This document shows positions 11,043-24,003 of a stretch of 64,000 nucleotides of DNA, in pieces; position 1 is the stretch's first letter, and each line of letters opens with the position of its first letter. The notes under the pieces were generated by a model that did not search any database, had not been told where the DNA came from, and saw only the letters and a program-made list of their open reading frames with translations. The position numbers were made by a program, and so were the translations under genes. The stretch spans positions 1 through 64,000 of the forward strand of contig JAPETS010000048.1 in the NCBI GenBank assembly GCA_026023565.1, in the 5' to 3' direction. This DNA comes from Cirrosporium novae-zelandiae. Taxonomy: Eukaryota.

Positions 11043-11930
11043 ATGGTCATTACCGATTTTTTCTCCCTTGACAAATCTGAATATGCAAAACGCATTCCTG
11101 AATACCCCGCCGACCGCCTTCGCAAGCAGGAGATTGTCAAAACGCGTCAAATAATCCAAGCATCACTTTCTATAGGCAGTAGGATTAGCGGGGCTATATT
11201 TTCAGCCGGCGCAACCTTAGGCCTAACAGTTCCCCTCGATAAGTCGGTTGTTACCGATACAATTATAGCAGATCCACATGGGGTTGTCGAAGGCATGGCC
11301 GATGGATCTACGGAGCAAGGACGAGAAATGATGACGGCTGCACACCTAGCCTTGAATGGAGATTTGCAGAGGCTTACAATAACAGGACAGCTTCAGGCTC
11401 AAGATTTCACTGGGAGCTCTGTTCCAGCATCGGAGGCAATCGGTGTGCATTTCGGAATGAAAGCTGCACATTCCGCCGAGCATTACGCTTGCACAGGTAT
11501 CACAGAACCAGTTGTGCAGAAAGTAATGGAATGCATGATGGATACCGAAAAAGAGCCCCATTCCAATATTATAGAGCGTCAGAGGCGAAGGTATTGATGT
11601 GACATGCAATATTTGCTTCTTTAATATTACTGATGAATGATTTGGGTATTGGCGTAAGTCTTGGTCCTTTGAAGGGAACTTTATGCTTATCGTTAATATT
11701 GAAAATTCCCATACTACTTTCAATTTCATAATCAAATCGACCTTTGTGGGGAGTGTTATAATATGCTACGACTTTAGGAACAGATCTCTGCGACATCAAA
11801 AATGGGAGGGAATGGCCATGTTTATTGTGAAAGATTTCGCTTGTCATCTGTAACCAACCCTAAAGCATGATAATCTACTTTACGAGGGCGAAAGGAGTGC
11901 ACCTAGTTACCCCATCACTCAGTGAAGTTA
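11043..11930 (+). pseudogene. Probable pseudogene of a fungal hypothetical protein with C-terminal ZZ-like Cys motifs
   Basis: ORF MVITDFFSLD...LRKQEIVKTRQ stops at 11597; the shifted frame continues IDVTCNICF...E*FGYW, then a GTAAGT donor, then IDLCGECY...L*, showing a frameshift and in-frame stops. Confidence 0.5.
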
Positions 11931-12397
11931 AATATGTTCAAGCTTCAGCTCTGCAACAGGGTAGAATATATGATTACCGCTTACAGATAAACTACAAGAT
12001 AAAAAGATGATAAGCTGATGGGTTCTGTACCTCCTCGAGCAAGGGTTGAGGAATAGTTGTCTGAACTAGAGCCAACTTCCAGGATAGATACCCAGGGAAA
12101 GGGCTTGGTATTATTTACAAGTCCATCAAGGATTAATGGGAAAGGTAGGCCGTGAAATAAAATAAACTCCAAGCCCAGATACCCCATGCCAGACCAAAGA
12201 GATAATAAAGAAAAGGCATATCATCGACCAACTTCCCTTGTATCACCACTTTTATCTTCTGGTGCCGAATCATTTTCCCATCTTTATTTCACGACTACGC
12301 CAAAGGCCCTACCAACATCATCTAGGACTTGAAGCTATCTTCTCATATCTTAAGACGTTCAAGTCCCCAATTCTTTATCGATTATTACTTACGAATT

Positions 12398-15049
12398 TCA
12401 TTCCTCCATTTCGAAGGGCAACCCATCTTCCTCATGCTTTGCTTTTTTCTTCGCCATGACTGTGTACAATAAGTTAAGCCTCAGATCCCCGCCATCATCT
12501 GTCGTCCTTGGCACAATTCCTGTTGCCGTGGCCATTGTGGTGGCTGGTGCTGTCGTTATTGCTGCCGATGTCGAGAGAGGTGGAAACGAACCCGAAATCG
12601 GAGGACTCATGAGTGCCGCTGTAGCCTCACTGAAATCAAATTCCAATGGCTGGGTTTGATTCAGATTAAACTGGGAGCTTTCGTTTTGCTGCATCTCATC
12701 CAAACTCGGCGGTGTCATATCCGGGGTCTGTAACCCATAGAACCTTGGATCAATGTCTTCGAGCGAAGGTGCAGGGACTGAGACAGCGCACTCGCTAGTT
12801 GTTAATAGTGAGAGAGGAAGAGTCTGGTGCGGCGAGAATTGAAAATCATTCATTATTTCCATACCAGGAACAGGATCGCAGTTAAGATGAGTGAGGGAAG
12901 ATCTCAGACTGCTTCCATTGGAGCAATGAATATCAGAATTTCGGCGACTGTCAAAACCAACGCTTAGGCTTGTTGAGCTGGAATCGAATGTAGGCACTGG
13001 CGGGCGAGTAGGACGCGTGGGAAATTGATGTTGATCGCCCAATGACATGTGTGCGAGCTCAGAAGGTTCCAGGTCAGGTGGAGGAGCCGGCGTTAAGCCG
13101 ACACTGCGTTTGAATGCTTCGAGCCATGTTGGATTGTCGGAGCCAGTCTGGTTCCAGGGATCGTCACAACCATATATGACCACGCGGCCTTGGTTCTGTA
13201 GCATCTCATCCGTAATTTCAACTCCTTGAGCTTGTTGGGCTTTGACATATCTCTTTAGTCCATTTTCCAATCTGATCCAGCAGTTAACGCCCTCGGCCCA
13301 ATGTGTGCTAGAAGAATGGTCCCCACGATAGAAATCATGCGATGCATTAGCCATGTCTTGGCCACGGAATGGATGCATGGTGGTGCGCTCGTATGCAATC
13401 AAGTAAGGTGGCATGGTATTTTCAATTACACGGCTGACTGATGGATCAAAGCCCCAATCCCCGTTCCATTGGGCCATGGTTTGGCCTGCCTTAAAGTGGG
13501 CAGCAAGATGTTCAACGCGCGCTGCCCAAGTTGGTAGCTCTGCTGAACAGAAGCCGCAGCGAGACTTGATATGGTTGATAGCGGTTTTCCATGTGTTCAT
13601 CAAGGGTTGTAACTTGACATTATGAACGAGGCGCAGGTGTTGGGAAAGATGGTCCTTGCGAAAAAACGTTCGCTCTTCAGGAGAATTCTCCTGGCAAACG
13701 TTGAAATTATGAGAATCAAGATGGGCTGGCTGCGGATTAGCCAAATTGCAGAAAGTGCACACCGTCCCACCGGTGTTCAAATCCGGTATAATCCCGCCAT
13801 TTGGTGAGCATGTCCACTTCTCGAGGGGAATGTGAAGAGACTTTTCATGGCGTTGCCAGTCATATTTGGTGGCGAATGTTTCGGTACAGAAAGTGCATTC
13901 AAATATGCGAGTATTATTGGCCTGCAGACCAGTTATCTGAGGCTTTGAAGGATTTCGGCGTCGGCGGCGTCGAACTTTCCTGTCTCTTGTATCAAAAGAG
14001 CCGCTAGAGGGGTGAGAGAATGCAGTAAAGGAGGAGAAGTCTGAAGCCGATGTGGTCGAGGGAGTCGAGTCAAAGGAGTTCATAGATGGGGCCCGGAAAT
14101 GGGAAAATGAAGATGAGTCATTGGATCCGTTCCTAGATCTGGTAACACCGCCGGTGGATTCCCGAGACTGGAGTGTATACGATGGATCGGCAACAGCACG
14201 AGCAATAGCAGTAACAGAAGCAGGTTCGTGTTCGGGTGGAGAGACCTTCCATCTTTCCATAGGGTTCAAGTCTTGATAGGATGTACCCTTCGGACTTTGC
14301 TGATTATACGGGATATCGATACCTGCATGGCTACTGTTGCCAGAATCCACCGAACCCGGCAAGGATAATGATACCGAATGAACTTTGCCTCGCCGTCGAG
14401 CATTCGCAAGCCAGTTGGATATCTGACTTCGCTTTAATCCCGTTCTTCTCTCGAGCTCGGTCCTTTCTTTCTCGTCGGGATAAGGGCGATTCCCATGGAG
14501 AGCTAACCAGTCCTTCAGGATTCGGATGGCAGCCTTTGAAAAGCGAATGTTTGCCTTCTTGACTTGACTTGTTTGCTGTTCCTCTACACAGGCGCTACAT
14601 ATTTCAAAAGTGCGCGTGGGCTCCAGACAACAGGGGCACTGGCTCTCCATGACAGATTCCAATGCCGGACTCCGATTCTTCGATTTACCGGTGGTGAAGC
14701 TGCATGCACGTCCCAAAGCAGAGCATGAGCAGCATCCATCTTCCTGGCCAGGGAATTGAAAGTAGTAGCAAGCTAAGCCTCTGCTACCGCAGTATACACA
14801 TGGCTGATCGGCTCGAGTGATGCCACGGTCTAATTCAGCATCCAGTCAGGGAAATGTTCAACGAGCAAGAGAGGTAGGCATATATGAATATTTAATCATT
14901 GTCGTACCTTCATTCTGGTGTTTGTAAATCTGTTCGAAGTTGGTAATAGCCTCTTGTTCATCGGCCAGTGCCTGACAGGAAAAGTCATCCCAAGCATGTT
15001 CATTAGGAGTGGAATAAGAAGCAAGGTCGAAGTCAAAGTACTGATCCAT
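12398..15049 (-). CDS. Homeobox (TALE/KN-type) and C2H2 zinc-finger transcription factor with an N-terminal Cys cluster; exons 15049-14908 and 14829-12398
   Basis: Homeodomain LKDWL...PYP...QISNWLANARRR; C2H2 FECTFC...WQRHEKSLH and FFRKDHLSQHLRLVH; Cys cluster PCVYC...C...CCSC...CSF after intron 14907-14830. Confidence 0.92.
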
Positions 15050-16383
15050 TGGTAGCCTCGAGCCGTGGGAAAGACAGCAAGATAAAGTCGGCGAGGTTAA
15101 ATATTAACAAAATCTTGTTAACAAAGTCTAGGGTACATGAAGAAGCGGAAACGAAGATAAAAAAATAGCGGGGGAATCCAGCGGGGAGATCGACGAATAT
15201 AAATAAAGCACCAAGGAAGGCGATGATCGGAAGATGGAATTGAGCGTGCAGAATAAATGTAGTCAAAGATTGGGATCATCCTGTCAGAGTACAGATGATT
15301 GTGACTCTTTGACGGGAATTTGAGCTGATAATCAAGATAGTTCGACCATGACAGCCTCTCCCGTGCTAGCGAAGCACAATTGACAAGTTGCGCCCTTCGT
15401 CATCCAGATCGGGTAGGCCCATGCTGATTTTGCTTACCAAACACCCACCAATACCCCCATCCTGCAACCATTATTACTGTCGAACAGGATACATCTCCGT
15501 GGAAAGAATGTGGTTATCACCTTTCATTAAGAAAGTATTTGCAACAAATATAACCATTATGAACGAGGGCGGAGAGGAGGGTACTTGGATGTTGCGGGTA
15601 CTTCATGAGGTCAACTCCGATCTCGCTTGAAACCCCTACACGCCAAGACTTTATATCCATTCCCCCATATCCCAGTTCTTGCTGCATTGCTTTGAAGTTT
15701 GAATCAAGTCGAAAGGCCCTCAAAGATATCAATCAGCAGAACAATGTTTCCATCCGATTCCATAGCATCTTCAGGAATATTCTTATCATGTCTTGCATCA
15801 AGATTAAAGTAGGTCATAGAGAACTTGCCGATTATCTGTTCACCATCAGCATCAATATCGAGAGCTAACGAGAGAGCATACTGCAAAGTTATAGAAGCTT
15901 GCATGAATCAACTATGTTCTTGACAGTTACGGGAGAGGAGCATTTATAGACGAAAGAAGATACCTCTGGAATTTCTAATCTTGCTGACAATTCCATCTTA
16001 TCAGCCACCCCTTAGTGTCACCTTGTCTACGCAAAGGCGTGCCGACACCCAAGACAGTAAGTACACAGTCCGAATTTGTTTCTCTTTGGCTAGATCTCTC
16101 CATCGACCCTCCTTTTTAATTAATCATAAATACAATGAATTTTCAATTTCCATAAATCCTAAATCCCTGTTTCCTTGACCCATAATTCTCCCTGGAGCCT
16201 CTTTTTCTAATGGACGGCCATCAATCATGGCCACATATATACACGAAACAATAAGATAGCAAACAATGTCCCCGCCTCCCAAGTGGCCGATAACCCTGTT
16301 AAAACTCTGGCCTTTATTCGTATCCTGTAATTCGTATCGTCTTATCACAATCAATACCTATTTCATCAAAGCATCACGACCAT

Positions 16384-19300
16384 TCAAGGCTTATCGGCTG
16401 TCAAGTTATAGGACCAGTGCCCATCTTTCTGTAGCTGTTCCCTAGCAGCAAGATCCCTGGCAATTTCATCCTGTGTCAAACCATCTGGCCCATTCCAATT
16501 GGCGCTGCTGGTACGATTCCTAAATCGATGATGCCTATCCTTGTTCTTACTAAAGATCTCTTCCAGTTGTAGAGGTGCGGGCGGACCAAATATCATCATT
16601 GGGTCTTGATCTTGTTGTTGTTCTAATATCTGGTTCAATGCGGGACTCTGGGCCCATGCCGGGGCGGTGAAGCCATCGTCTGAGTCTTCATCCTCGCTAT
16701 CGGTAGCAATTTCTGGAAGGCTAATGGCATCACCATTTGGAAACTGGGGCGATGACTTTGGAAGTCTTTGACTGAGTTTTTGACTGGCAGGAGTCTTTTG
16801 TGTCTGCTGAGACTGACTTGGCCCATCTGCAAACGGAATCCTCCCTTTACCGTATTGAGCCATATCCATAGTATGGTTGGGCTTGTTTGATGGGTTTATT
16901 GGGTACTGAGCATAAGTTTGTTGAGTAGTGCTTGATTTGAATAATGAGGGGGCTGTCTGATGTAAACTAGAAGGTGGCGGTGCAGTTGTATATCCATGCG
17001 AGAAAATCGAAGCCTTTGGCCCATCCTGAAAAGAGTTAGTGCTAAGTATAGGGTTGTAAGTATTGTACGTTGAACAAACCTTTCTGATATTCGATTGTCG
17101 AATCGGAGGCGCCATCGTGGGCCTCACCATCGGCTTAGGTGGGATTTCGTCACGTCCTTCATCAACTGTGCGTCGACGCTTTGATTCGTTCTGCTGATAC
17201 GAATGGCCGCTGCTAGCAGAAGGGGGATGAGAGGGGCCGTCTTCCATGTGCCTTTCTTCAGCAGGAAGAACTCGTTTTGGTGGCTTTGCAGGATTAGGCG
17301 GAGGATGATTTACTGATTTGTTAAATGGATGAAGAGGATGCATTCTTGAAGGAGGCCTTGAGGCACCAAGGTCGTTTCGGTGAGATGTAGAGGGTGGAGG
17401 TTGGGATTTTTCGCGTTTTTCGTGGTGTAATGTATGTGTTTGCTATGAAGGTCAGTTGGTGCTCTTGTAGGTGGGCAAGGAAACGTACATGTTCATTCCC
17501 CCCTTTCTGTTGATGCTGATGACGCTGTTCAGCTTTCTTGGCATTTTCAAGTCGTCTCTTTTCAATAGCTTGCTTGGCGGCAAGTTTCTTTGCATCTGTG
17601 GTACCTGTTCGAGACTGGGCCTGGTGCCGTAGGCGTTCAGCTTCTTCACGTTGTCTCAGTTCTCTCCGCCGAGCATCTTCTTGAGCAACGGTACGCTTTC
17701 GCTCCATCTCTCGTTTTGCTTCAGCTTTTCGCTCGACCTCTCTCTGTTCCTATAGTCTTATTAATATAGTCCAAAAGAAGGCGAGAATATAACAATACCT
17801 TTTCTCGTTGCCTTTCTGCGGCAATCAGTGCCTTAGGCTTGTGACTAGCTGCGGATATCGAGCCTTTGAAACTGCCACCAGATGATGTTGTCTGTAATGA
17901 AGCACTGCTTGCCTTCTTATTCGGGGCAGGATGCTTTGGAGCTGGCTGAAGCGACTCTTGGAGATTTGCTGCCAACGCGGAGTTTGAGAGTGGACCCATT
18001 CGCTGAGAAAGCGTTCCGACCTTGATCGCAACAGGTTGAGGCTTCGCTTTTGGTGCAACCTCTCTACTTGGTTTGACTGGTCGACTATGAGACTTCGGGT
18101 TTTGGAGTTTTGCGGGTTGGTTCCTCAGAGTTCGATGTGGTTGAGGAGAATCATGCACTTCCTCCTCACTGTCAGGTTGTTGATGTGCTCGTTTTTCCGA
18201 CTTTTCCAGTGCCTTTCTCTCCACCGTCTCTCTTTCCGCTGCCTCTTTTTCTACCATCTCTCTTTCTACCGTCTCCCTTTCTACCGCCTCTCTTTCCTCG
18301 GCTAAACGACGATCAACTTCGGCCTTTGCAGCTGCCACCCTGTCCATCTCGTGTTGTCGAACCCTCTCAAGCTCAGCAAGCTCGGCAGCCCGTTGCTGTT
18401 CTCTATCCCTCTCTGTCGAACTTCTCGTCTTTCGACCTTCGTCTTTCTTCGGACTATGTGCAACAGGGGGAGGCGGCGCTTCTGGGGTCATAGCATTAAT
18501 GTTAGGATACACGACATCATCAAATTCTGTTCTAGGTGTAGCAGGGGCCGGTATTACTACCTCCACAGATTGCTTGCGGGAAGGCCCTTTGCTACGTGAA
18601 GAAGGGGATGAAGAGAGCATCTCGGCTTTGGCCGTAGCAGAAACGCCTGCGCTGCTAGTGAAAAGACCCCGTGCGGTTCGCATAATGGATTGTAATTTAG
18701 ATTTTGAAGCGCTCAATGGTCCATCATAGTGTCGTTTGGGAGATCCCTTAGGTGTTGTAGATTGGCCCATATTTATAGCCTTCCGGGGCGAAGGACTCAT
18801 TGGAATGGAGATCGTAGCAGCTTTACCATAGAACGATCCATTCCCAGTAGCTTGCTCTACAGCATATGCTGAGTGGTGCTTGAACAAACTTGGGCTTGGT
18901 CTGGTAGGTGGGGCTCCAATCCAGTCATCTTCATATTCATCTTTATTATCCATACTAGGATCGGTCTGATCAGAGCTGACTGGTTGAGGCTCGCCGGAAT
19001 ACTTCTTCGGTTGTGATGATTCTCCTGAGTCGACTCCAAACAGGGAGGGGTAAAGCGGTTGGCTGGAAGTCGTTATAGCAGCGATAGAAGGTATTGACTT
19101 TGTCGGCCGGGGGGCATGTGATTGGCCAAGCATGGTGATTCTTTCGTGAAGACGTTGTGTGGAAGATTTATTATGCAATTTTGTAAATTTTGAATCTCCA
19201 TCAGACTCTTCCCGTTCGCCGGGAGCCTCGACAGCATCGAGGTCCATATCATCAGCTTCAATGTTTTCAGTAGCACGGGACAATGTTTCCCCAATGCTCT

Positions 19301-20612
19301 GCCCACCAGTCTGCCTTCCAAAATAGCTTGACCGACCAGGACCAGAAAACTTTTGCTGGTCCAGATGAGATGTTCTCGAAACTCTGTTACCAACGCTCTT
19401 CTTGACTAGAGGTGCACGTGCAGGTAAAGAGGCAAAGTTCAAGCTACTTTTCCGAATCAGAGGACGTTTGGGGCTTGAGTCTTCGGAGGGGGAACGAGTA
19501 TCACCCAATGGAATAGGTGTGGGTCGAGTCTGAGGTTCTGTAGATTCTTGAGCTGGACTAGCTGTGGTACGTTCGTTAGGTTGCTCGACCTTTTGAGCAC
19601 TGTCTCCGTCGTTATTCCCATGAGTTTCTGATAATGACTCTTGATGCATATTTGCGCGCTTCGTTGAATCATCCTCAACCTCTTCGCGTCTACCACTTTC
19701 ATTTTGTTCCTTTACACCTGTTGAGGCGTTCGCGGTGTGAAATGATTGTTCGGTGATGCGTCTCTCCTCAGATAGTCCCATAGGTTGTTCCATAGGTTGT
19801 TCCGTAGATGGTTCCATAGGTAGAACCATAGATTGTTCCATAGATTGTTCCATAGATTGTTCCGTAGATGGTTCCATAGATGGTTCCATAGATGGTTCCA
19901 CGGATGGTTCCACGGAAGCCTTTGATTCAGCATCTGGCAACTCTTCCAGTTCTTGCGATTCCGGAAGTGGAACTATAGGTGCGGTCTCGTCCTGTGTCAT
20001 TCCCTGGTAGCCCGAATCTTGAGTCATGGCATGATAACCAGAGTCTTGCATCCCATGATAGTCATAATCGGTCATATCCTTTCCTTTTGTAGGGCTTTGC
20101 TTAGGTTGTAACTCATTGCGACTTTTGCGTTTCTCCGTACTTTGGGCCTTAACTTCGGCAACTTTGTGATAGAACGGCGTGTTGTGGGCAGGACTAGCGC
20201 TAGATTGGACACTCTTTACTGAGAATATATCTGTAAGCGGCTACAGCAAATGTCAGCAGTAGGTAAACGATCATATGGGTTGTTGTACGCACAACTCTAG
20301 TTTCTAATGGGTTCCGTTTGCGTAGGGTTCGAGGTGTTTTCCCTCGTAATTTACCAGGTGTCTTGAAAATGTCCGTCACGTTGCTACCACATATTAGCTA
20401 AAGGCCAAGATGATAGAGTAAATCCAAACTTGCAATTGATCTTTTCGAAAGACCTCAGCCATATGCTCGTTAAGCCAGTCGAGTTCATTTCTAGCAGAAA
20501 AGGCGAAATCCTCCACTTCTTGATTCATAAATGTGAGCGCTTGCTCTCTCTCTCCAGAAACCCATGGCGCAGAGCCAACGGCAAGCTGTGACTTTCCTCG
20601 CGTGGGTGCCAT
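16384..20612 (-). CDS. Inner centromere protein INCENP (Sli15/Pic1-like), multi-exon
   Basis: N-terminal VGSAPWV...FAFSARNELDWLNEHMAEVF, coiled-coil region, C-terminal IN-box LPEIATDSEDED...WAQSP.L...RTSSANWNGPDGLT. Confidence 0.9.
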
Positions 20613-21192
20613 GATGATGATGTGATGTCAATGGATTGAAGGATACGCGGATTGTTGGCAATTGGATAGGGTGAGACGACACTCTCCATACAGAGCTAAC
20701 AGGAACTTATAATCTCATGGATAGACGGGATACGAAAAACAGTAATTTGTAGGTTGTTGATGTTGTTAAGGCGGTGACAGTTGGGGGTATTGAAGATGAT
20801 CTTGCTTTGTTTTGGTTTTCGAAAGCTGGGTTTGGCGTCAATGTTCCACAGGCGCGTTAGTGTCAAGCCTTTGGAGACACGTGACTTAGCCTTGAACGGC
20901 CAGTGCTCGCCCTAATTGTCACCTAGGCAGCTAGGGGACACAAAAGTTAAGTAACTTGGCCATTCCTCGATCCTGATTCCTGGGCCCTCCTGAGCCATCC
21001 TGGACCTTGAGAGATCCTCGGATATGATGTGCTCCGCAATTGAGAGCTTCATCCGAGATGACACTCGTACTAAAAGTAACATACAAAGCCAATGATTCCT
21101 AAAATAATTACACAGTACTCCCAGTCAGTAACTAGCTAATAAGACGAATACAATTCTAAAGCTTCGATTCAACTAACCAAACTACCTTCCAA

Positions 21193-22974
21193 ATGGCTTC
21201 TTTATTTACTCCACTTGTACGGAACCGTACATGGAGTTTCTTCAACATCTCATCTCTATCGCGATGCAGCCGCTTCCCCAAACACTTCTCAGCATCTACC
21301 AGGCGACCTATTATGGAGCTCAGTGGTTTTACTGATGAACAATTGGCTGTGCGCGATGCTGTTACCAAAATTTGTGCCAATTTCCCTGATGTTCAAGAGA
21401 ACCCTCCAATATACCCATGCAAGAGCCATCTACTAAATTATTTCAGAAATACTGGGCCGAGCACGATGAAACTGGTGAATATCCTTATGGATTACATACT
21501 GCTCTAGCAAAAGATGGGTGGCTTGGTATTGCTTTACCTGAAGACCTTGGTGGTGCTGGTCTGGGAATTTCTGAAGCGACTATGATGCTGCAAACCATCT
21601 CTCAGTAAGTTATATTGTCGATGATTGATAATTCAATTTCTTCAGATCTCGTCTTTGTGAGTAAGTGCCATCTAACCGAGTTAATACCTCCAGAAGCGGT
21701 GCAGGAATGGCTGGTGCTCAATCAATCCATGCGAATGTTTATGCGACCCAGGTTTGTGCTCTTGTCAAATTCTACCTGGAGTGAAATTAGTAAATATCCA
21801 TAGCCAGTTGCAAAATTTGCAACGCAAGAGCAACGGCAGAAAATGCTACCTAAATTGATCAGTGGCCAATGGAGAACATGTTTTGGAGTGTAGGAAACCC
21901 TTCTTGGTCTTATGTCGCCATTGCTAGGACTAATTATGCCAAGAACGGAGCCAAATACCGGTTTAGAAACGTTGAAACTGAAAACAAAAGCTGTTCGTGA
22001 TGGTAACTCTTACAACATCTCTGGGCAAAAGATGCAGGTTTGCCCCAGTATCATAAAGTCATTTCATCAATGACCTCTTCTCCAGCTGGATCTCGTCGGC
22101 TCAAGTAGCCGCAAAGATGGTTCTGCTCGCCCGTACAACGCCCCTTGAAGAAGTAAAAAAACCATCCGAAGGTCTTTCTCTGTTTTTCATTGATTTTGAT
22201 AAAGAGGCTCCAGGGTTAGATCTTAAACAAATCAAGAAAATGGGAGGTCGAGCCATTGATGCAAACGAGATATTTTTTGAAAATTACAAAGTACCCATTG
22301 ATACCCTAATTGGAGAAGAGGGACAGGGCTTCAAGATTGTAAGTCCATATCACTGCTTACGCAACTTGCCAGGTCCAAATTTGACCATGGATAGGTATTG
22401 CATGGCATGAATGCTGAACGTTGTCTCCTTGCTGGAGAAGCCCTTGGGCTTGGATATGTTGCCTTAGAGAAGGCTACCCAGTACGCAAGGGAACGAAGGA
22501 TATTCGGGAGACCCATAGGCCAAAATCAAGGGGTCCAGCATCCTCTGGCGGCTGCTTATATGCAGCTCGAAGCTGCAAAGCTTGCCACTTACCATGCCGC
22601 TAGACTTTATGATGCTAGCAGTAAGGATAATTCCATCACCCAACATGCCATTGGAGTCGCATGCAATTCTGCCAAATATCTTGCTGCAGAAGCAGCATTT
22701 ACTGCTTGTGAGAGAGCGGTAGGTGGATTGAGAAACAAAATGAATACATCTGACATCTGGAATAGGTACTTGCTCATGGAGGTATGGGCTATGCACAGGA
22801 GTATCATGTAGAACGATATCTTCGAGAATGCTTTGTGCCTCGAATAGCACCGGTTAGTAGAGTAGGTATTAACCATTGATTTAGACACCGTCTCGGAGGC
22901 TAAATGATTTATCACAGGAGATGATCCTGAACTACGTTGGTGAAAAAGCATTGGGTTTACCTAGGAGTTATTAG
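21193..22974 (+). CDS. Acyl-CoA dehydrogenase family protein, probably mitochondrial; many introns
   Basis: GWLGIALPEDLGGAG, FGVTEPNTG, GQKIWIS, MNAERC, RRIFGRPIGQNQGVQHPLA, HGGMGYAQEYHVER; Arg/Ser-rich N-terminal presequence; stop at 22974. Confidence 0.93.
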
Positions 22975-24003
22975 GGATGAAGGATATCAAGTAGCAAGTA
23001 ACTAAGTAACTAGAAACTGAAGATTATTGAGACTGTTGAGATTGCTGAGATTGTTGAGATGGGAATGGCTGAGATCATGTCATGGTACGAGACAAGGAAT
23101 CTTGAAAGTTAAAAAAAAAGGAAACAAGGTGGCCTGAGGCTTCAACTAATGAAAAGTGTAATTATCACATGTAAAATGATGTGCTCAGATTGCCATTTAG
23201 GTGGTCGCTGCGGTGAAATGTGCCCACACAGAGTAATTTGGTAACTCCTGAGACCATGACGAAAATAGAAATGTATCCCTTAATGCTGTATTATCTATAT
23301 GTATTATATACCTTATGTATTAATACATTTTATTCTTATTGTGTTGGTGAGTTCAATTAATTTCTTTTTTCTTTTTTTTCTTTTTTTTTTTCTTCTTTAA
23401 ATACCTAGGTCAAAAACAAGCGTAATGTGTTTTCGGTAACTAGTAGTGGGTAGTACTAAAGATGTCATAAGTCATGGAAAGTGAAAATTTATCTTTGTTA
23501 GAAAGGTGGGCAACGGCGTCATCGGTACCTGTAAAGATGTACATTACCACACATTACATAGGGCAGGGCCATGTCAGGTTTGAAATTGAAATAAATAATA
23601 GGTGTCGGTACCGTCAAAGCACCCCCCCCCCAAGAGCACACGACCCAGCAACCCAGCAACCCAAGCAACCCAAGCAACCGCAAGACGGCACCGCTCTTAC
23701 TTACCATAGTACTATTAGTTACTGTATTGCCCGCTGCTGCCCGCTTTTAACTAACAAACATCAGCTGCAGGTCATTCCTAAACAAGATTCCCTCTCCTAT
23801 CGGCAAGCTTGAGTTGGGTTTCTTCGTCCATTAATTACTCTGCTCTTTCTCTCTCTTCCAAATCAAATCACACCTCTCAACCATCCATCCTCCCTATTAC
23901 CTTTCTTCTTTCTCTTCTTCTTTATCTACATAATTGTCTAGTACGTCACACGATCCACCCAATCAACTTCAAAAAGTCGCATCTTCCTAACAGATTGCTA
24001 AAG

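Noticed and set aside
124..12000. Telomere-linked RecQ helicase, retrotransposon or Starship captain
   Set aside because: No helicase, reverse transcriptase, integrase, DDE transposase or tyrosine recombinase motifs recognised in any frame
23020..23680. Short repeats (GAGATTGYT)n and (CCCAAGCAA)n
   Set aside because: Ordinary intergenic microsatellites with 3-4 units
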